Positions 36,676-46,880 are shown, counted from the first letter of the stretch. The stretch: 64,000 nucleotides of DNA from Thermoplasmatota archaeon (GCA_023487205.1 JAMDBT010000047.1:16879-80878); one strand, 5' to 3'. Program-made: numbers and translations. The notes: generated by a model not told the origin, from the letters alone.

Positions 36676-37434
36676 ATGCAGGTCAAGGTATACTCAAGAA
36701 ATGGTGAATCAACCGGCAAGATGAAACTCCCGTCAATACCGGGTCCAGTACGGGTAGACCTGGTCTCCCAACTCTACAGATCAGCGACTCTCAGCGTGAG
36801 GGCCCCCTACGGAACCAAACGGAGCGCCGGATTGAGAAACGTTGGCCACAACATGGGCGCCAACCACGGAAGATCAAGAATCCCCAGAGTGGCTGGGGGG
36901 AACCGCGGAGTTATTCTGGCCAGTATGGTTGGAGGGAGAAGTGCCCACGCTCCAGTCGTGGCGAAGAACCTAATCGTATCCATGAACAGCAAGGAGAGGA
37001 TCGTCGCAAGAAAGTCAGCAATATTGATGACTTTTGACCATGCTGCCGTTTCAAGGAGAGGGCACAACATTCCCGAAGATCTTGAGTTCCCCATTGTTGC
37101 GAAAGATGAAATTCAGGATATATCCAAGACATCCGAAGCTATGGAATTTCTAGAAAAGATCGGGCTGAGCGATGACCTGGACAGGGCAAAGAACGGAAAG
37201 AAGGTAAGAGCCGGCAGGGGAAAGATGCGGGGCCGCAAATACAAGGGGAAAAAATCGGTGCTCGTCGTTGGCACAGACTCCAGAAAACTGTCCGCCTTTT
37301 CTTCACTTCCCGGTGTTGACGTGGCGTCCGTGAGTTCGCTTGGAATCACAAAACTGGCGCCAGGAGGCAAGCCAGGAAGACTGACCGTTTACACAGAGTC
37401 TGCCATGAAGGAGATCATTGAGGTGCTGCAATGA
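36676..37434 (+). CDS. rpl4: 50S ribosomal protein L4 (uL4)
   Basis: ..RAGRGKMRGRKYK.. and its position after L3. Confidence 0.93.
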   Translation: MQVKVYSRNGESTGKMKLPSIPGPVRVDLVSQLYRSATLSVRAPYGTKRSAGLRNVGHNMGANHGRSRIPRVAGGNRGVILASMVGGRSAHAPVVAKNLIVSMNSKERIVARKSAILMTFDHAAVSRRGHNIPEDLEFPIVAKDEIQDISKTSEAMEFLEKIGLSDDLDRAKNGKKVRAGRGKMRGRKYKGKKSVLVVGTDSRKLSAFSSLPGVDVASVSSLGITKLAPGGKPGRLTVYTESAMKEIIEVLQ

Positions 37435-37685
37435 AGAGAGAAATTGTAATTTCGCCGGTTGCCACAGAAAAGTCCATGCTTATTACTGAAAGGGAGAACA
37501 AGATCACATTCATAGTGGACAGGACAGCGAACAGAAAAATGATCAAGGAAGAGGTTGAAAGGATGTATTCAGTCAAGGTAACCTCGGTCAGAACGCTTAT
37601 GACAAAGTACGGCAAGAAGGCAATAGTCACCCTTGACCCGGAGTATTCTGCGGACGAACTCTCCGGAAGGATAGGCATATTCTGA
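37431..37685 (+). CDS. rpl23: 50S ribosomal protein L23 (uL23)
   Basis: 84 aa, ..SPVATEKSM.. and ..KKAIVTL.. ATGA overlap with rpl4. Confidence 0.92.
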   Translation: MKREIVISPVATEKSMLITERENKITFIVDRTANRKMIKEEVERMYSVKVTSVRTLMTKYGKKAIVTLDPEYSADELSGRIGIF

Positions 37686-37694
37686 GGTGTTGGC

Positions 37695-38399
37695 ATGGGA
37701 AAACATATAGTTGCACAGAGGAGAGGAAAAGGCGGACTTGTCTACAGGAGTCCCAGCCACAGGCACATAGAAAGTTCCAAGCTGCCGCCAGAAGGCAAGT
37801 ACAAGGTCGTTGATATTGTCCACGCTCCAGGGAGGAACGCGCCTTACGTGAAACTGAGGTCCGAAGGTGGGAAGCAGTTTTATCAGATTGCATACCTCGG
37901 CGCTTTTGTGGGTGAAGAGGTAGCATCCGGTCAGTCAGTAGAGACAGGCTACAAGCCCGGAACTACTGCAACACTTGGAGTGCTTCCCGATGGGATGCTC
38001 ATTCACAATGTGGAGTCTACCCCGGGAGATGGTGGGAAGTTCTGCAGGACGGCCGGAAGCTCGGCCATCATTATCAGCCACGGCGAGTTCGTATCCGTCA
38101 AGCTCAGGTCAGGAAAAATAAGGAGGTTCCATCCGCACTGCCTTGCAACCGTCGGCATTGTCGCTGGTTCAGGCGCAAGGGATCCCCCAGTTCTGAAGGC
38201 AGGAAACTCAGTTCATTTTACGAGAAGCAGGGCAAAGAGACCGTATTCGGTCAGAGGAGTGGCCATGAACGCGATCAATCACCCCCATGGGGGAGGCAAC
38301 CACCAGCATGTGGGCAGGCCGTCCACTGTGGGTTTCAAGGCACCACCAGGGAGAAAGGTGGGCAGGCTCTCCAAGAAGAAATCTAGGTTGGCGAGATAA
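37695..38399 (+). CDS. rpl2: 50S ribosomal protein L2 (uL2)
   Basis: ..[16 protein letters not shown].. Confidence 0.95.
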   Translation: MGKHIVAQRRGKGGLVYRSPSHRHIESSKLPPEGKYKVVDIVHAPGRNAPYVKLRSEGGKQFYQIAYLGAFVGEEVASGQSVETGYKPGTTATLGVLPDGMLIHNVESTPGDGGKFCRTAGSSAIIISHGEFVSVKLRSGKIRRFHPHCLATVGIVAGSGARDPPVLKAGNSVHFTRSRAKRPYSVRGVAMNAINHPHGGGNHQHVGRPSTVGFKAPPGRKVGRLSKKKSRLAR

Positions 38400-38854
38400 T
38401 GGTAGTGAAGAAGCAGGCATCCGTAAAGTCGATAAAGAGAAAGGCAAGAAAGTCCCAGAAAGTTGCAATGGGACGCGCCAGAGAATTCACTTACAGGGGA
38501 TATACTCTGGAGCAGCTTCAGGCGATGAGTATTGAAGACGTTATTCGAATACTGCCATCCAGGGCAAGGCGGTCGCTGTCAAGGGAAATGAATCACGAGC
38601 AAAAGGCTGCGCATGAGAAACTGGCCGGGGAATACGGGGAAGTCAAAACCCATGTTAGAGACCTGATAATTATTCCGGCATATGTAGGGAAGGTTGTTGA
38701 ACTGTATAATGGACACGTATACGTTAAGTTCGAAGTGAAGCCCGAGATGATCGGGCATTATCTCGGGGAGTTCTCGCTTACCAGGAAGGATGTCAAGCAC
38801 TCCGGTCCCGGAGTTGGAGCTACCAGATCATCGAAGTTCATGCCGCTGAAGTGA
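38399..38854 (+). CDS. rps19: 30S ribosomal protein S19 (uS19)
   Basis: ..EFTYRGYTLEQL.. and ..IGHYLGEFSLTRK.V.H..PGVGATRSS. The start is either 38399 (overlapping the L2 stop) or Met24 at 38468. Confidence 0.9.
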   Translation: MVVKKQASVKSIKRKARKSQKVAMGRAREFTYRGYTLEQLQAMSIEDVIRILPSRARRSLSREMNHEQKAAHEKLAGEYGEVKTHVRDLIIIPAYVGKVVELYNGHVYVKFEVKPEMIGHYLGEFSLTRKDVKHSGPGVGATRSSKFMPLK

Positions 38855-38860
38855 TGAAAA

Positions 38861-39310
38861 ATGAAAGGATATTCAATTCAGAAATTGCCCGAGAAAAATG
38901 CGGTTGCCCGGCTGGTCGAGGCGAACATATCCATGAAAGATGCAGTCAACGTGGCGCATTTCCTCAAGAACAAGCCCCTGGATGAAGCGAGAGACTATAT
39001 AGAGAACGTTATCGAAAGGAAAAAGCCCATACCATATTTCAGGTATCTAGATTCCGTTTCTCACAGGCGTGGAACCGGTCCCGGCAGGTATCCGGTCAGA
39101 GCAGCAAAGGCTTTTCTTGCGCTGCTGGAAAGTGTGACCGCGAACGCGGAATTCAAGAATCTTGACACGGAGAAGGTAGTCATAGAGCACATTGCTGCGT
39201 CAAAGGGAAGAATGCTCAAGAGGTTCACTCCCAAGGCGCAGGGGTCGTCCGGTGCCAATAATCGGGACCTTGTTAACCTTGAGGTTGTAGTCGCGGAGGC
39301 GGTAGAATGA
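38861..39310 (+). CDS. rpl22: 50S ribosomal protein L22 (uL22)
   Basis: 149 aa, ..[18 protein letters not shown].., position in the cluster. Confidence 0.92.
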   Translation: MKGYSIQKLPEKNAVARLVEANISMKDAVNVAHFLKNKPLDEARDYIENVIERKKPIPYFRYLDSVSHRRGTGPGRYPVRAAKAFLALLESVTANAEFKNLDTEKVVIEHIAASKGRMLKRFTPKAQGSSGANNRDLVNLEVVVAEAVE

Positions 39311-39975
39311 AAGAGAGGAAATTTATTGAGGAATCCGTGAAGAGGCTCTTGATCACCGAGTATGTGAGGAAGGAGATCGACTCGGCTGGATTCGGTGGAA
39401 TGGACATCAGGAGGACACCGTTCGGTACCACGATTACGCTCTACGTTAACAAGCCAGGTCTTGTTATCGGAAGGAAAGGGGCCAAAATCCAGGAGATTAC
39501 CAACACCCTTGACAAGGTCTATGGGTTGGAGTCTCCTCAGGTGGAGGTTAAGGAAGTGGAAAACGCTGACCTTAATCCGAACATTGTAGCTAAGAAGATT
39601 GCGCTGTCTCTGGAGAAGGGATGGTCCTACAGGAGAGCAGGCAACACCGCTCTGAGAAGGACTATGGAGCAGAATGCGCCCGGCGTATTGATAAGACTGG
39701 CCGGGAAGATCTCAGGCGAAAGGTCCAGATCCCAGAAATTTATCAACGGTTCAGTGAAGTATGCTGGAGAACCGGCAAGGGCCGGAATGAAGAGGGGAAT
39801 TGCCCAGGCAAAACTGAAGCTAGGAATCATTGGGATTTCGGTAGGAATACTTGACCCCAAGTACAAGCTTCCCGACGTGATAGAGAAGCGTGTCAAGCCA
39901 GCTCAGCCCGTGGTTCAGGGAAAAGTGGAGGTGTTAAATGGAGCTCAAGGCGAAAGAAGCCAGAAAAATGAGTGA
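39307..39975 (+). CDS. rps3: 30S ribosomal protein S3 (uS3)
   Basis: KH-domain region ..[14 protein letters not shown].. and ..GLKGIKV-like ..[14 protein letters not shown].. Confidence 0.93.
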   Translation: MKERKFIEESVKRLLITEYVRKEIDSAGFGGMDIRRTPFGTTITLYVNKPGLVIGRKGAKIQEITNTLDKVYGLESPQVEVKEVENADLNPNIVAKKIALSLEKGWSYRRAGNTALRRTMEQNAPGVLIRLAGKISGERSRSQKFINGSVKYAGEPARAGMKRGIAQAKLKLGIIGISVGILDPKYKLPDVIEKRVKPAQPVVQGKVEVLNGAQGERSQKNE

Positions 39976-40141
39976 ACAGGAACTCAGGGAAAGGCGCAAG
40001 TCTCTCATGGATACGCTCATGAAAGAGAGGGCGTCAAGGGCAATGGGCGGCGCTCCCCACAACCCAGGAAAAATGGGATCAGTGAGAAGGGAAATTGCCA
40101 GGCTCAACACGGTAATGGCGGAACGGGGGATAAAGCGGTGA
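39938..40141 (+). CDS. rpl29: 50S ribosomal protein L29 (uL29)
   Basis: [23 protein letters not shown].., 67 aa. Confidence 0.9.
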   Translation: MELKAKEARKMSEQELRERRKSLMDTLMKERASRAMGGAPHNPGKMGSVRREIARLNTVMAERGIKR

Positions 40142-40440
40142 AGGAAAAGAATTTCACCGGAATACCTAAGGAACTGCAGCCCTGGGAAGGATTCAGCAGG
40201 GACACACAAACGGTCAAGATAAGCGTAGACAAGAGAAGATATGGTAAGAACGTGACAATAATAGAAGGCATAGACCCGAAATCAGAAGACATCTTCGAGA
40301 TCGCGAAGACCCTCAAGAAGAAGGTTGCCTCCGGCGGTACGGTTAAGGACGGGAAAAGGGTCGAATTGCAAGGAGACCACAGGGATGAGGTAAAGAAGCA
40401 ACTGGAGGAGATGGGCTTCAAGACCGAGGTAATTGTATGA
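40138..40440 (+). CDS. sui1: translation initiation factor aSUI1 (eIF1 homologue)
   Basis: ..GKNVTIIEGI.. and ..KKKVASGGTVKDGKRVELQGDHRDEVKKQLEEMGF. GTG start overlaps the L29 stop. Confidence 0.9.
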   Translation: MKEKNFTGIPKELQPWEGFSRDTQTVKISVDKRRYGKNVTIIEGIDPKSEDIFEIAKTLKKKVASGGTVKDGKRVELQGDHRDEVKKQLEEMGFKTEVIV

Positions 40441-40730
40441 ACAAATTATACATGGCAAACTTCGTGGGGAAGAGACTGAAGGTAAAGTCCTCTACGAACA
40501 CAAATCTGGTGGGGCTTGAGGGAACGGTCCTGGATGAAACGATGAATACATTCACGATTTTGACTTCCCACGGAAGCAAGACGGTTCCAAAGTCTGTGTG
40601 CAAGTTTGCTATAGGTGGTTCCTCCGGTCCAGTTGAATTGCTCGGATCAGCAATATGCCTGAGGCAGGAAGACAGGATCAGGGAATATCGAAGAATTGAG
40701 AAAAGAATTTCAAGAGGTGCTGGAAATTGA
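40437..40730 (+). CDS. rnp1: RNase P protein component 1 (Rpp29/Pop4)
   Basis: ..FVGKRLKVKSSTNTNLVGLEGTVLDETMNTFTI.., canonical position between sui1 and rps17. Confidence 0.88.
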   Translation: MNKLYMANFVGKRLKVKSSTNTNLVGLEGTVLDETMNTFTILTSHGSKTVPKSVCKFAIGGSSGPVELLGSAICLRQEDRIREYRRIEKRISRGAGN

Positions 40731-41050
40731 GGAATATCGGTGTTGAAGTTGTCCCGCCGGAAACAGAATGTACAGATGCAAAGTGCCCGTTTCATGGCAG
40801 CCTGTCAATCAGGGGACAGATCATTCAGGGTGTGGTTAAGTCGGCTTCCATGAAGGGAACTGCAGTGGTTCTCAGCGAGAGGAGGAGAAGAATACCCAAG
40901 TATGAGAGGTACGAATCCCGGGTCTCGCAGTATCATGCACATGTCCCTGCCTGCATCACAGTGCAGCCTGGGAGCAAAGTCAAGATTGCGGAATGCAGAA
41001 AACTTGCAAAGACCGTGTCATACGTGGTTATAGAGAAGGTGACATCATGA
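40727..41050 (+). CDS. rps17: 30S ribosomal protein S17 (uS17)
   Basis: ..CTDAKCPFHGSLSIRGQ.. and ..KYERYESR..YHAH.P.C... TTG start. Confidence 0.92.
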   Translation: MRNIGVEVVPPETECTDAKCPFHGSLSIRGQIIQGVVKSASMKGTAVVLSERRRRIPKYERYESRVSQYHAHVPACITVQPGSKVKIAECRKLAKTVSYVVIEKVTS

Positions 41051-41445
41051 AAGGCATAGCGGGAAGACAGCACAGGGGTCTCCCCCTGGGTGCTACTATG
41101 GCATGTGCCGATAACACAGGCGCCAAGATAATCAGCCTGATAGAGGTCAAGGCATATCACGGCGTTGCCAGAAGAGTTCCTGCTGCAGGCGTTGGAGACC
41201 TATTCATCGCGAGCGTTAAGAAGGGCACCCCAGAAATGAGAAGCAAGGTGGTTTACGCAGTAGTCATTCGGCAGAGAAGGCCATTCAGGAGACCGGACGG
41301 AATAATGGTGCAGTTTGAAGACAATGCTGCAGTCCTGGTTACCCCGGAAGGGGAAGTAAGGGGCTCAGAGATAAAGGGGCCGGTTGCCAGAGAGGCATCA
41401 GAAAGATGGCCAAGGATCGCTGCAATTGCCTCCACAATTGTGTAG
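41047..41445 (+). CDS. rpl14: 50S ribosomal protein L14 (uL14)
   Basis: MKGIAGRQHRGLPLGATMACADNTGAK.. ATGA overlap with rps17. The track ORF begins further upstream at 40993. Confidence 0.93.
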   Translation: MKGIAGRQHRGLPLGATMACADNTGAKIISLIEVKAYHGVARRVPAAGVGDLFIASVKKGTPEMRSKVVYAVVIRQRRPFRRPDGIMVQFEDNAAVLVTPEGEVRGSEIKGPVAREASERWPRIAAIASTIV

Positions 41446-41455
41446 GGAGTTTAGT

Positions 41456-41938
41456 ATGTTTAAACCAAAAATGAATGTAAGATTGAACAAGGACCTTCGA
41501 AAAAAGTATGGGATAAGGTCTTTCCCAGTTTCGACCGGTGACGTAGTTAGCATTAAGAAGGGGCCGAAGAAAGGCGAAGGCGGCAAAGTCCTGGACGTCG
41601 ATCATACGGCACTCATCGTGCTCGTTGATGGAATTACCGTTTCAAAGGCCGATGGCAAACAGAAGGAGTACTACGTTCAGCCATCCATGCTTGAGATAAC
41701 CCGCCTTGACGTTTCGCACAGGGGAAGACTTGAAAAGCTGAAGGCGAAAGCCGCTCTTCGAGACATAGTGGTGGAGGAGGAGCCTGAGCCCATCGAGGAG
41801 ACCAAGGAAACTCCGACACAGGAAGGCGAGGCTGAGGCTTCTGCCGACTCCAATGAAGAAAGCGATGAGAAAGCCGCTTCGGAAGAGGTAGCGGAAGAGA
41901 ATAGTGAAGAGGTGGAAAATGACAATAAACAAGACTAA
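41456..41938 (+). CDS. rpl24: 50S ribosomal protein L24 (uL24) with a ~55-aa acidic C-terminal extension
   Basis: KOW region ..STGDVVSIKKGPKKGEGGKVLDVD.. Start taken at MFKPKMNVRL, and the track ORF begins upstream at 41384. Confidence 0.9.
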   Translation: MFKPKMNVRLNKDLRKKYGIRSFPVSTGDVVSIKKGPKKGEGGKVLDVDHTALIVLVDGITVSKADGKQKEYYVQPSMLEITRLDVSHRGRLEKLKAKAALRDIVVEEEPEPIEETKETPTQEGEAEASADSNEESDEKAASEEVAEENSEEVENDNKQD

Positions 41939-42629
41939 GACCATGATGGTTTCTCCGGCTGTTCACATCAGAAGAAAGGTTCACTTCTGGAGCGTGACCC
42001 CCCGTCCCGGGAAGCACGCAAGTGACAGATCTGTTGCTATCCTGATAGTTCTCAGGGACTACTTGAGAATAGGAGATAAGGAGCGGGAGATCACCAGGAT
42101 ACTGAACTCCGGATCCGTAAAGGTCGATGGCAAAGTGGTCAAGGATAGGAGAACAAGCCTGGGATTTATGGATCTGGTAAGCATATCAGAGAACAATTCG
42201 AATCACCGGATTCTTTATGATCGAAAGGGTAGGCTCATTGCCGTACCGGACGAAGAGCACAAAGACTCAAAACTGGTAAAGGTAACCCACAAGACATCGG
42301 TTGGAAAGGGCAAGTTCATGATCACATTCCACGACGGGCAGAACATACTTGTGGAGGACAACTCCATAAGGCCGAACGACGTGCTCGTTATCTTGAACGA
42401 CGGAAAAAAGATAGATCAGATACTCAAGTTGGCAAAGGGTTCGAAAGTCTTTATGATCGGAGGGAGTCACGTAGGAGAAACTGGAACGGTAAAGGAAATC
42501 GAGGTCAAGGCGTCATCCCAGGCGAATCTGGTCACTCTAGAAGAGGGATTTTCCACGACAGTCAATAACGTTTTCGTAGTTGGGAATTCAAAATACAACT
42601 TCAACGTGACAGCAGGGAGTGTCTCATAA
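41919..42629 (+). CDS. rps4e: 30S ribosomal protein S4e (eS4)
   Basis: ..HIRRKVHFWSVTPRPGKH.. and a KOW-like C-terminus. Start candidates are ATG 41919, ATG 41943 and GTG 41904. Confidence 0.88.
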   Translation: MTINKTKTMMVSPAVHIRRKVHFWSVTPRPGKHASDRSVAILIVLRDYLRIGDKEREITRILNSGSVKVDGKVVKDRRTSLGFMDLVSISENNSNHRILYDRKGRLIAVPDEEHKDSKLVKVTHKTSVGKGKFMITFHDGQNILVEDNSIRPNDVLVILNDGKKIDQILKLAKGSKVFMIGGSHVGETGTVKEIEVKASSQANLVTLEEGFSTTVNNVFVVGNSKYNFNVTAGSVS

Positions 42630-43144
42630 TGGCTGGTGAAAGCAGGGAAGTGGTAATCGACAAGGTTACATTGAACATCGGTGTCGGTCAGGCAGGAGAC
42701 CGACTTGCGAAGGCAGCCAGAATACTGGAAACGCTTACCGGGCACAAACCGGTCCAGACAATTTCAGAGAAGACAATCAGGGATTTCAACATAAGAAAGG
42801 GACTTCCCATCGGAGTGAAGGTCACTCTTCGCAAAAAGGACGCCGAAGATTTCCTGAAGAGGGCTTTTGAGGCAAAGGGGAATAAAATGTCCTCATACTC
42901 GTTCGACCGGCAGGGCAACGCATACTTCGGCATTCCAGATTACACCGATTTTGTGGGAATGAAGTATGACCCGGAAATAGGTATTTTCGGAATGGATGTT
43001 GCAGTCGTGCTGAAAAGGAGAATGGGATACAGGATTTCAAGACGCAGAATCAACAGGAAGCACCTTCCTAACGCCATCAGGGTAACCAAAGAAGAGAGCA
43101 TAAAATTCCTGAAGGAACGGTTCAAAGTCAACACGGTGGAGTGA
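42629..43144 (+). CDS. rpl5: 50S ribosomal protein L5 (uL5)
   Basis: ..ITLNIGVGQAGDRL.. and ..YDPEIGIFGMDV.. Confidence 0.93.
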   Translation: MAGESREVVIDKVTLNIGVGQAGDRLAKAARILETLTGHKPVQTISEKTIRDFNIRKGLPIGVKVTLRKKDAEDFLKRAFEAKGNKMSSYSFDRQGNAYFGIPDYTDFVGMKYDPEIGIFGMDVAVVLKRRMGYRISRRRINRKHLPNAIRVTKEESIKFLKERFKVNTVE

Positions 43145-43150
43145 TCAAGA

Positions 43151-43312
43151 GTGGCAAAATTCAAACTGCAACCGAAGAGGAATTTTGGACGCAAGGATGG
43201 CTGTAGAAGATGTGGCCGGAAACGCGGCATGGTACGGCGATATGGACTCCGACTATGCAGACAGTGCTTTAGGGAAACTGCTCCCGCATTGGGATTCAGG
43301 AAGTACAGTTGA
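43151..43312 (+). CDS. rps14: 30S ribosomal protein S14 type Z (uS14, zinc-binding)
   Basis: Not in the ORF track because it is under 60 aa. My translation is [53 protein letters not shown], with a CxxC...CxxC motif. It sits in the expected slot between L5 and S8. Confidence 0.88.
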   Translation: MAKFKLQPKRNFGRKDGCRRCGRKRGMVRRYGLRLCRQCFRETAPALGFRKYS

Positions 43313-43321
43313 GGTGAAAAT

Positions 43322-43711
43322 GTGAGACACGATCCATTGAATGACATAATTGTCCAGATAAAGAACGCATCTAGGATGGGACTGAGGAAAATAGAGGTTG
43401 AGCCAGCTGCAAGGCTAATCGGAAGGGTACTCAAAGTAATGCAGGACTACAACTACATCAAGAGCTTTGAAGTCGAAGAAAACAACACAGGCGGAAAATT
43501 CAAGATTGAACTCAGCGAAAGTATCAACAATTGCGGCATAATCAAGCCCAGGCTGCCGGTGAGGAACATCAATCTTGACAGATATGAGGCTCGTTACCTG
43601 CCTGCTCAGGACTTTGGAATAATAATCATGACGACAACGAAAGGGGTCATGAGTCACCTGGATGCTAGGAAGAGCGGAGTTGGGGGAAAACTCCTGGCAT
43701 ACGTATATTGA
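43322..43711 (+). CDS. rps8: 30S ribosomal protein S8 (uS8)
   Basis: ..DPLNDIIVQIKNA.. and C-terminal ..GGKLLAYVY. GTG start. Confidence 0.93.
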   Translation: MRHDPLNDIIVQIKNASRMGLRKIEVEPAARLIGRVLKVMQDYNYIKSFEVEENNTGGKFKIELSESINNCGIIKPRLPVRNINLDRYEARYLPAQDFGIIIMTTTKGVMSHLDARKSGVGGKLLAYVY

Positions 43712-43721
43712 GGCGAGGCAA

Positions 43722-44255
43722 ATGGTTAAGTTTGAGCAAGCAAGAATGGTAAAAATCCCTTCCGGCGTGTCGGTCACTGCGTCGGACGGAACCGTGGAGA
43801 TTTCAGGGAAGCTGGGGAAAACCAGCAGAGTTTTCAGGAGCAACTACGTCCGCTACGAAATTGCAGATGGAGAAGTAAAATTCTACGTCAGCAGGAAGAA
43901 CAAGCGCGTAATGTCGGTACTGGGAACCTGGGCTTCCACGTTGGAGACACTTTTTCGGGGTGTACAGCAGGGATTCCAGTATGAAATGAAGATTGACTAC
44001 ACACACTTTCCTGTGCGTGTTTCAGTAAAGGGGAACAGTGTGCTGATTGAGAACTTCCTAGGTGGCAGATTCCCCAGGACTGCCCCCATCGTCGGAAATA
44101 CCTCTGTAAGCGTGAAAGGTGACAGGGTCTTCCTCGAGGGGATTGATCGTCAGGACATCGGAGAAACTGTCGCGAACATAGAGCGTGCCACAAAGATTAG
44201 GCACTTTGACCTGAGGGTGTTTCAGGATGGAATTTATCTTCTGGGAGGAAACTGA
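43722..44255 (+). CDS. rpl6: 50S ribosomal protein L6 (uL6)
   Basis: Start at [18 protein letters not shown].. It has the two-domain L6 pattern and the expected position. Confidence 0.9.
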   Translation: MVKFEQARMVKIPSGVSVTASDGTVEISGKLGKTSRVFRSNYVRYEIADGEVKFYVSRKNKRVMSVLGTWASTLETLFRGVQQGFQYEMKIDYTHFPVRVSVKGNSVLIENFLGGRFPRTAPIVGNTSVSVKGDRVFLEGIDRQDIGETVANIERATKIRHFDLRVFQDGIYLLGGN

Positions 44256-44256
44256 G

Positions 44257-44664
44257 ATGAAACCAGCACTCACTAAGGAGGAAAAGCGACTTCTTGCAAA
44301 GAAGAACGAGTCTTCCAGGAAGAGACACGAATTCAAGAGGCAGGAGTGGTTCAGGTACCTGAAACTGGGTGAATCCTGGCGGAAGCCAAGGGGGAAGCAC
44401 TCCAAACTCAGGGAACATCAGGCAAGAAGGCCAGGGGTTGTGGACGCTGGTTATCGTGGCCCCAGGCTGGTAAGGGGGCTCCATCCGTCCGGATTCAAGG
44501 AAGTAATGGTATACAACGTGAAAGACCTGGAATCAGTCAACCCGCAAAGGGAAGCGGCAAGGATCGGATCCGCCGTGGGCGCGAAGAAGAGAGAGGAAAT
44601 AATAGTGAAAGCGGACGAACTTTCCATCAGGGTACTCAATCGGGGTGTGCAGGTTGAACATTAA
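44257..44664 (+). CDS. rpl32e: 50S ribosomal protein L32e (eL32)
   Basis: ..[27 protein letters not shown].. Confidence 0.9.
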   Translation: MKPALTKEEKRLLAKKNESSRKRHEFKRQEWFRYLKLGESWRKPRGKHSKLREHQARRPGVVDAGYRGPRLVRGLHPSGFKEVMVYNVKDLESVNPQREAARIGSAVGAKKREEIIVKADELSIRVLNRGVQVEH

Positions 44665-45109
44665 TTCAGCAAAGAAGATTTCAGCCGACATACTCAAGGT
44701 GGGGACGTCCCGCATCTGGATTGATACCAACAATCTTGACGACGTTCTCGATGCGGCCACACGAGAGGATATCCGGGCGTTGATCCGAAGAAATGTAATT
44801 CAGCGAAAACCTGCGAAAGGAAATTCCGGGGGAAGGTTCAGGAAGAGGATTATTCAGAGATCTAAGGAAAGAAGGAGGGGGCCGGGTTCCGTACGTGGCA
44901 CCCGCAATGCAAGAGACCCGTCAAAGAGAAGGTGGATCAGAACAATCCGGGCCGTGAGGGACGAACTGAAAACACTTAAGTCAGAGGGGAAAATAGATGA
45001 CAAGACCTACCGCAAGTTTTACAGGAATTCCAAAGGCGGTCGCATAAATTCCAGGGCTCAGCTGCGAACACAACTGGCTGCGCAGGGTTTCATCGGTGAG
45101 AAAAAATGA
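44645..45109 (+). CDS. rpl19e: 50S ribosomal protein L19e (eL19)
   Basis: ..[19 protein letters not shown].. and a basic C-terminus. The start is GTG 44645 or TTG 44654. Confidence 0.9.
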   Translation: MCRLNINSAKKISADILKVGTSRIWIDTNNLDDVLDAATREDIRALIRRNVIQRKPAKGNSGGRFRKRIIQRSKERRRGPGSVRGTRNARDPSKRRWIRTIRAVRDELKTLKSEGKIDDKTYRKFYRNSKGGRINSRAQLRTQLAAQGFIGEKK

Positions 45110-45750
45110 AGACTTCCAGGACATTCAAGAGAAGAAAGAGCGGGCAGACGGACTACCGCAGGAGGCTTGCGATTGTAAAATCCTCGAAACCAAGGCTGGT
45201 GGTCAGGCCTTCTGGCAAGGGAATAAGTGTGCAGATTGTGAAGTACGCTCCAAGAGGTGACATTGTGATGAAGACTGTCACTGACAGGTCGCTCAAGGAT
45301 AGAGGGTTTGATATCGCAGGAAACAGCACGCCTGTGGCATACCTTGTTGGAAAAGTGATGGCAGAGGAGGCAAAGAAAGCTGGAATATCCGAAGTCATAC
45401 TGGACTCCGGTAGGAGAAACATTGTCCGCGGGGGAAGAATTTCAGCAACCGTAATGGGTTACGTGGAAGCAGGCGGCAATATGTCTCACGATCCGTCCAT
45501 ATTTCCAAGCGAGGAGAGGATTGCGGGAACACATCTGAAGGACAAGGCCGTGGGCAAACAGATTGAAAAGGTAAGGGGACCGGTCGAGCAGAAGAAGGCC
45601 GCACAGCCCAAGAAACCTTCCGATCAGAAAAAAGCGGAATCATCAAAGCAGGCAAAAGGCGAAAAGAAGCCTGCCGCAGGAAAGAAGACAGCTCCTGAAG
45701 GGAGCAAATCAGTGAAGAAGAGTGGAGGAGAAAAAGATGCCAGAAAGTAG
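45106..45750 (+). CDS. rpl18: 50S ribosomal protein L18 (uL18) with a Lys-rich C-terminal tail
   Basis: ..FKRRKSGQTDYRRRL.. and ..RLVVRPS.K.I..QIV.. Confidence 0.92.
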   Translation: MKTSRTFKRRKSGQTDYRRRLAIVKSSKPRLVVRPSGKGISVQIVKYAPRGDIVMKTVTDRSLKDRGFDIAGNSTPVAYLVGKVMAEEAKKAGISEVILDSGRRNIVRGGRISATVMGYVEAGGNMSHDPSIFPSEERIAGTHLKDKAVGKQIEKVRGPVEQKKAAQPKKPSDQKKAESSKQAKGEKKPAAGKKTAPEGSKSVKKSGGEKDARK

Positions 45751-46405
45751 CTGGATACCTAGGACAGAGCTTGGCAGACTGGTGGCGCAGGGGACTATTA
45801 AGTCCATGTCCGAAGCCATAAGGACGAAGTTGCCGCTCAAGGAATATCAGATAGTTGACATGTTGATCCCCAATATTGCCGATGAAGTTCTCGACATTGA
45901 AAGAGCGCAGAGAATGACGGACTCGGGAAGAAGAATGAGTTATTCCATCACGGCCGTCGTAGGAAACGGGGACGGCTTTGTCGGGGTTGGAAGAGGGAAG
46001 GCCAAGGAAGCGGCTCCTGCAATCCGCAAGGCAGTGAATAATGCAAAGCTGAATATTACTGAAATCAGGAGAGGCTGTGGTTCATGGGAATGCGGCTGCG
46101 GACGTCCGCATACGCTGCCGTTCACCGTCACCGGGTCCTCAGGTTCGGTGCGTGTGAGGCTCAAGCCATCTCCGCGCGGAGTTGGCAGGGCGGTGGGAGA
46201 CCTCGCGAAGATAATCCTGGAAAAGGCCGGAATAGAGGATGCTTGGGGATTTGCTTCAGGGCATACAAAGACGACCGTTAACTATGCTCTAGCAACCTTC
46301 AACGCCCTGGTACAGACTTCAAAGATGAGAATAAACCCATCGATTAAACTGGCTACTCCGATATATGTGGGAGGTGTGACCAATGCTGGCAGTAATTCGG
46401 ATTAG
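45737..46405 (+). CDS. rps5: 30S ribosomal protein S5 (uS5)
   Basis: ..WIPRTELGRLV.. and ..VVGNGDGFVGVGRGKAKE.. An alternative GTG start lies at 45722. Confidence 0.92.
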   Translation: MPESSWIPRTELGRLVAQGTIKSMSEAIRTKLPLKEYQIVDMLIPNIADEVLDIERAQRMTDSGRRMSYSITAVVGNGDGFVGVGRGKAKEAAPAIRKAVNNAKLNITEIRRGCGSWECGCGRPHTLPFTVTGSSGSVRVRLKPSPRGVGRAVGDLAKIILEKAGIEDAWGFASGHTKTTVNYALATFNALVQTSKMRINPSIKLATPIYVGGVTNAGSNSD

Positions 46406-46880
46406 AGGGCGTACCGGAATCAAACCGGACGCGAGGAAGACTGCAGAGCTGCTGAGGCTCCACAGAGTGAATCACCTCGCTCTTGTGGATGATAACGTGA
46501 CAACCCGCGGGATGCTACAGACAGTTAAGGATTACGTTACCTGGGGTGAGATAGACAAGGAAACGCTTCGCCTGACTCTTGAATACAGGCTCCTGTTCAA
46601 GGGACACAAGAAAGTTCCGGAAGGATCGCTGAAGGATCAGGTCGGTTTCTCAAGTTACAAGGAGATAGCGGACAAGATGATGAAGGGCGGTGTACACCTG
46701 AAGGATCTGAAAGATGCCGTTCCGGTCATAAGGCTCAATCCTCCCGCTGGAGGGTGGGAATATATCCGGAAGCCGTACGGCCAGGGTGGATCGCTGGGAT
46801 ATAGAGGAAACGATATAAACCGTGTAATAAAGAAAATGCTGAAGGAGGGGGCAAACCTAAATGGTAAGAAACAAGACTAA
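46383..46880 (+). CDS. rpl30: 50S ribosomal protein L30 (uL30)
   Basis: MLAVIRIRGRTGIKPDARKTAELLRLHRVNH.. Confidence 0.92.
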   Translation: MLAVIRIRGRTGIKPDARKTAELLRLHRVNHLALVDDNVTTRGMLQTVKDYVTWGEIDKETLRLTLEYRLLFKGHKKVPEGSLKDQVGFSSYKEIADKMMKGGVHLKDLKDAVPVIRLNPPAGGWEYIRKPYGQGGSLGYRGNDINRVIKKMLKEGANLNGKKQD

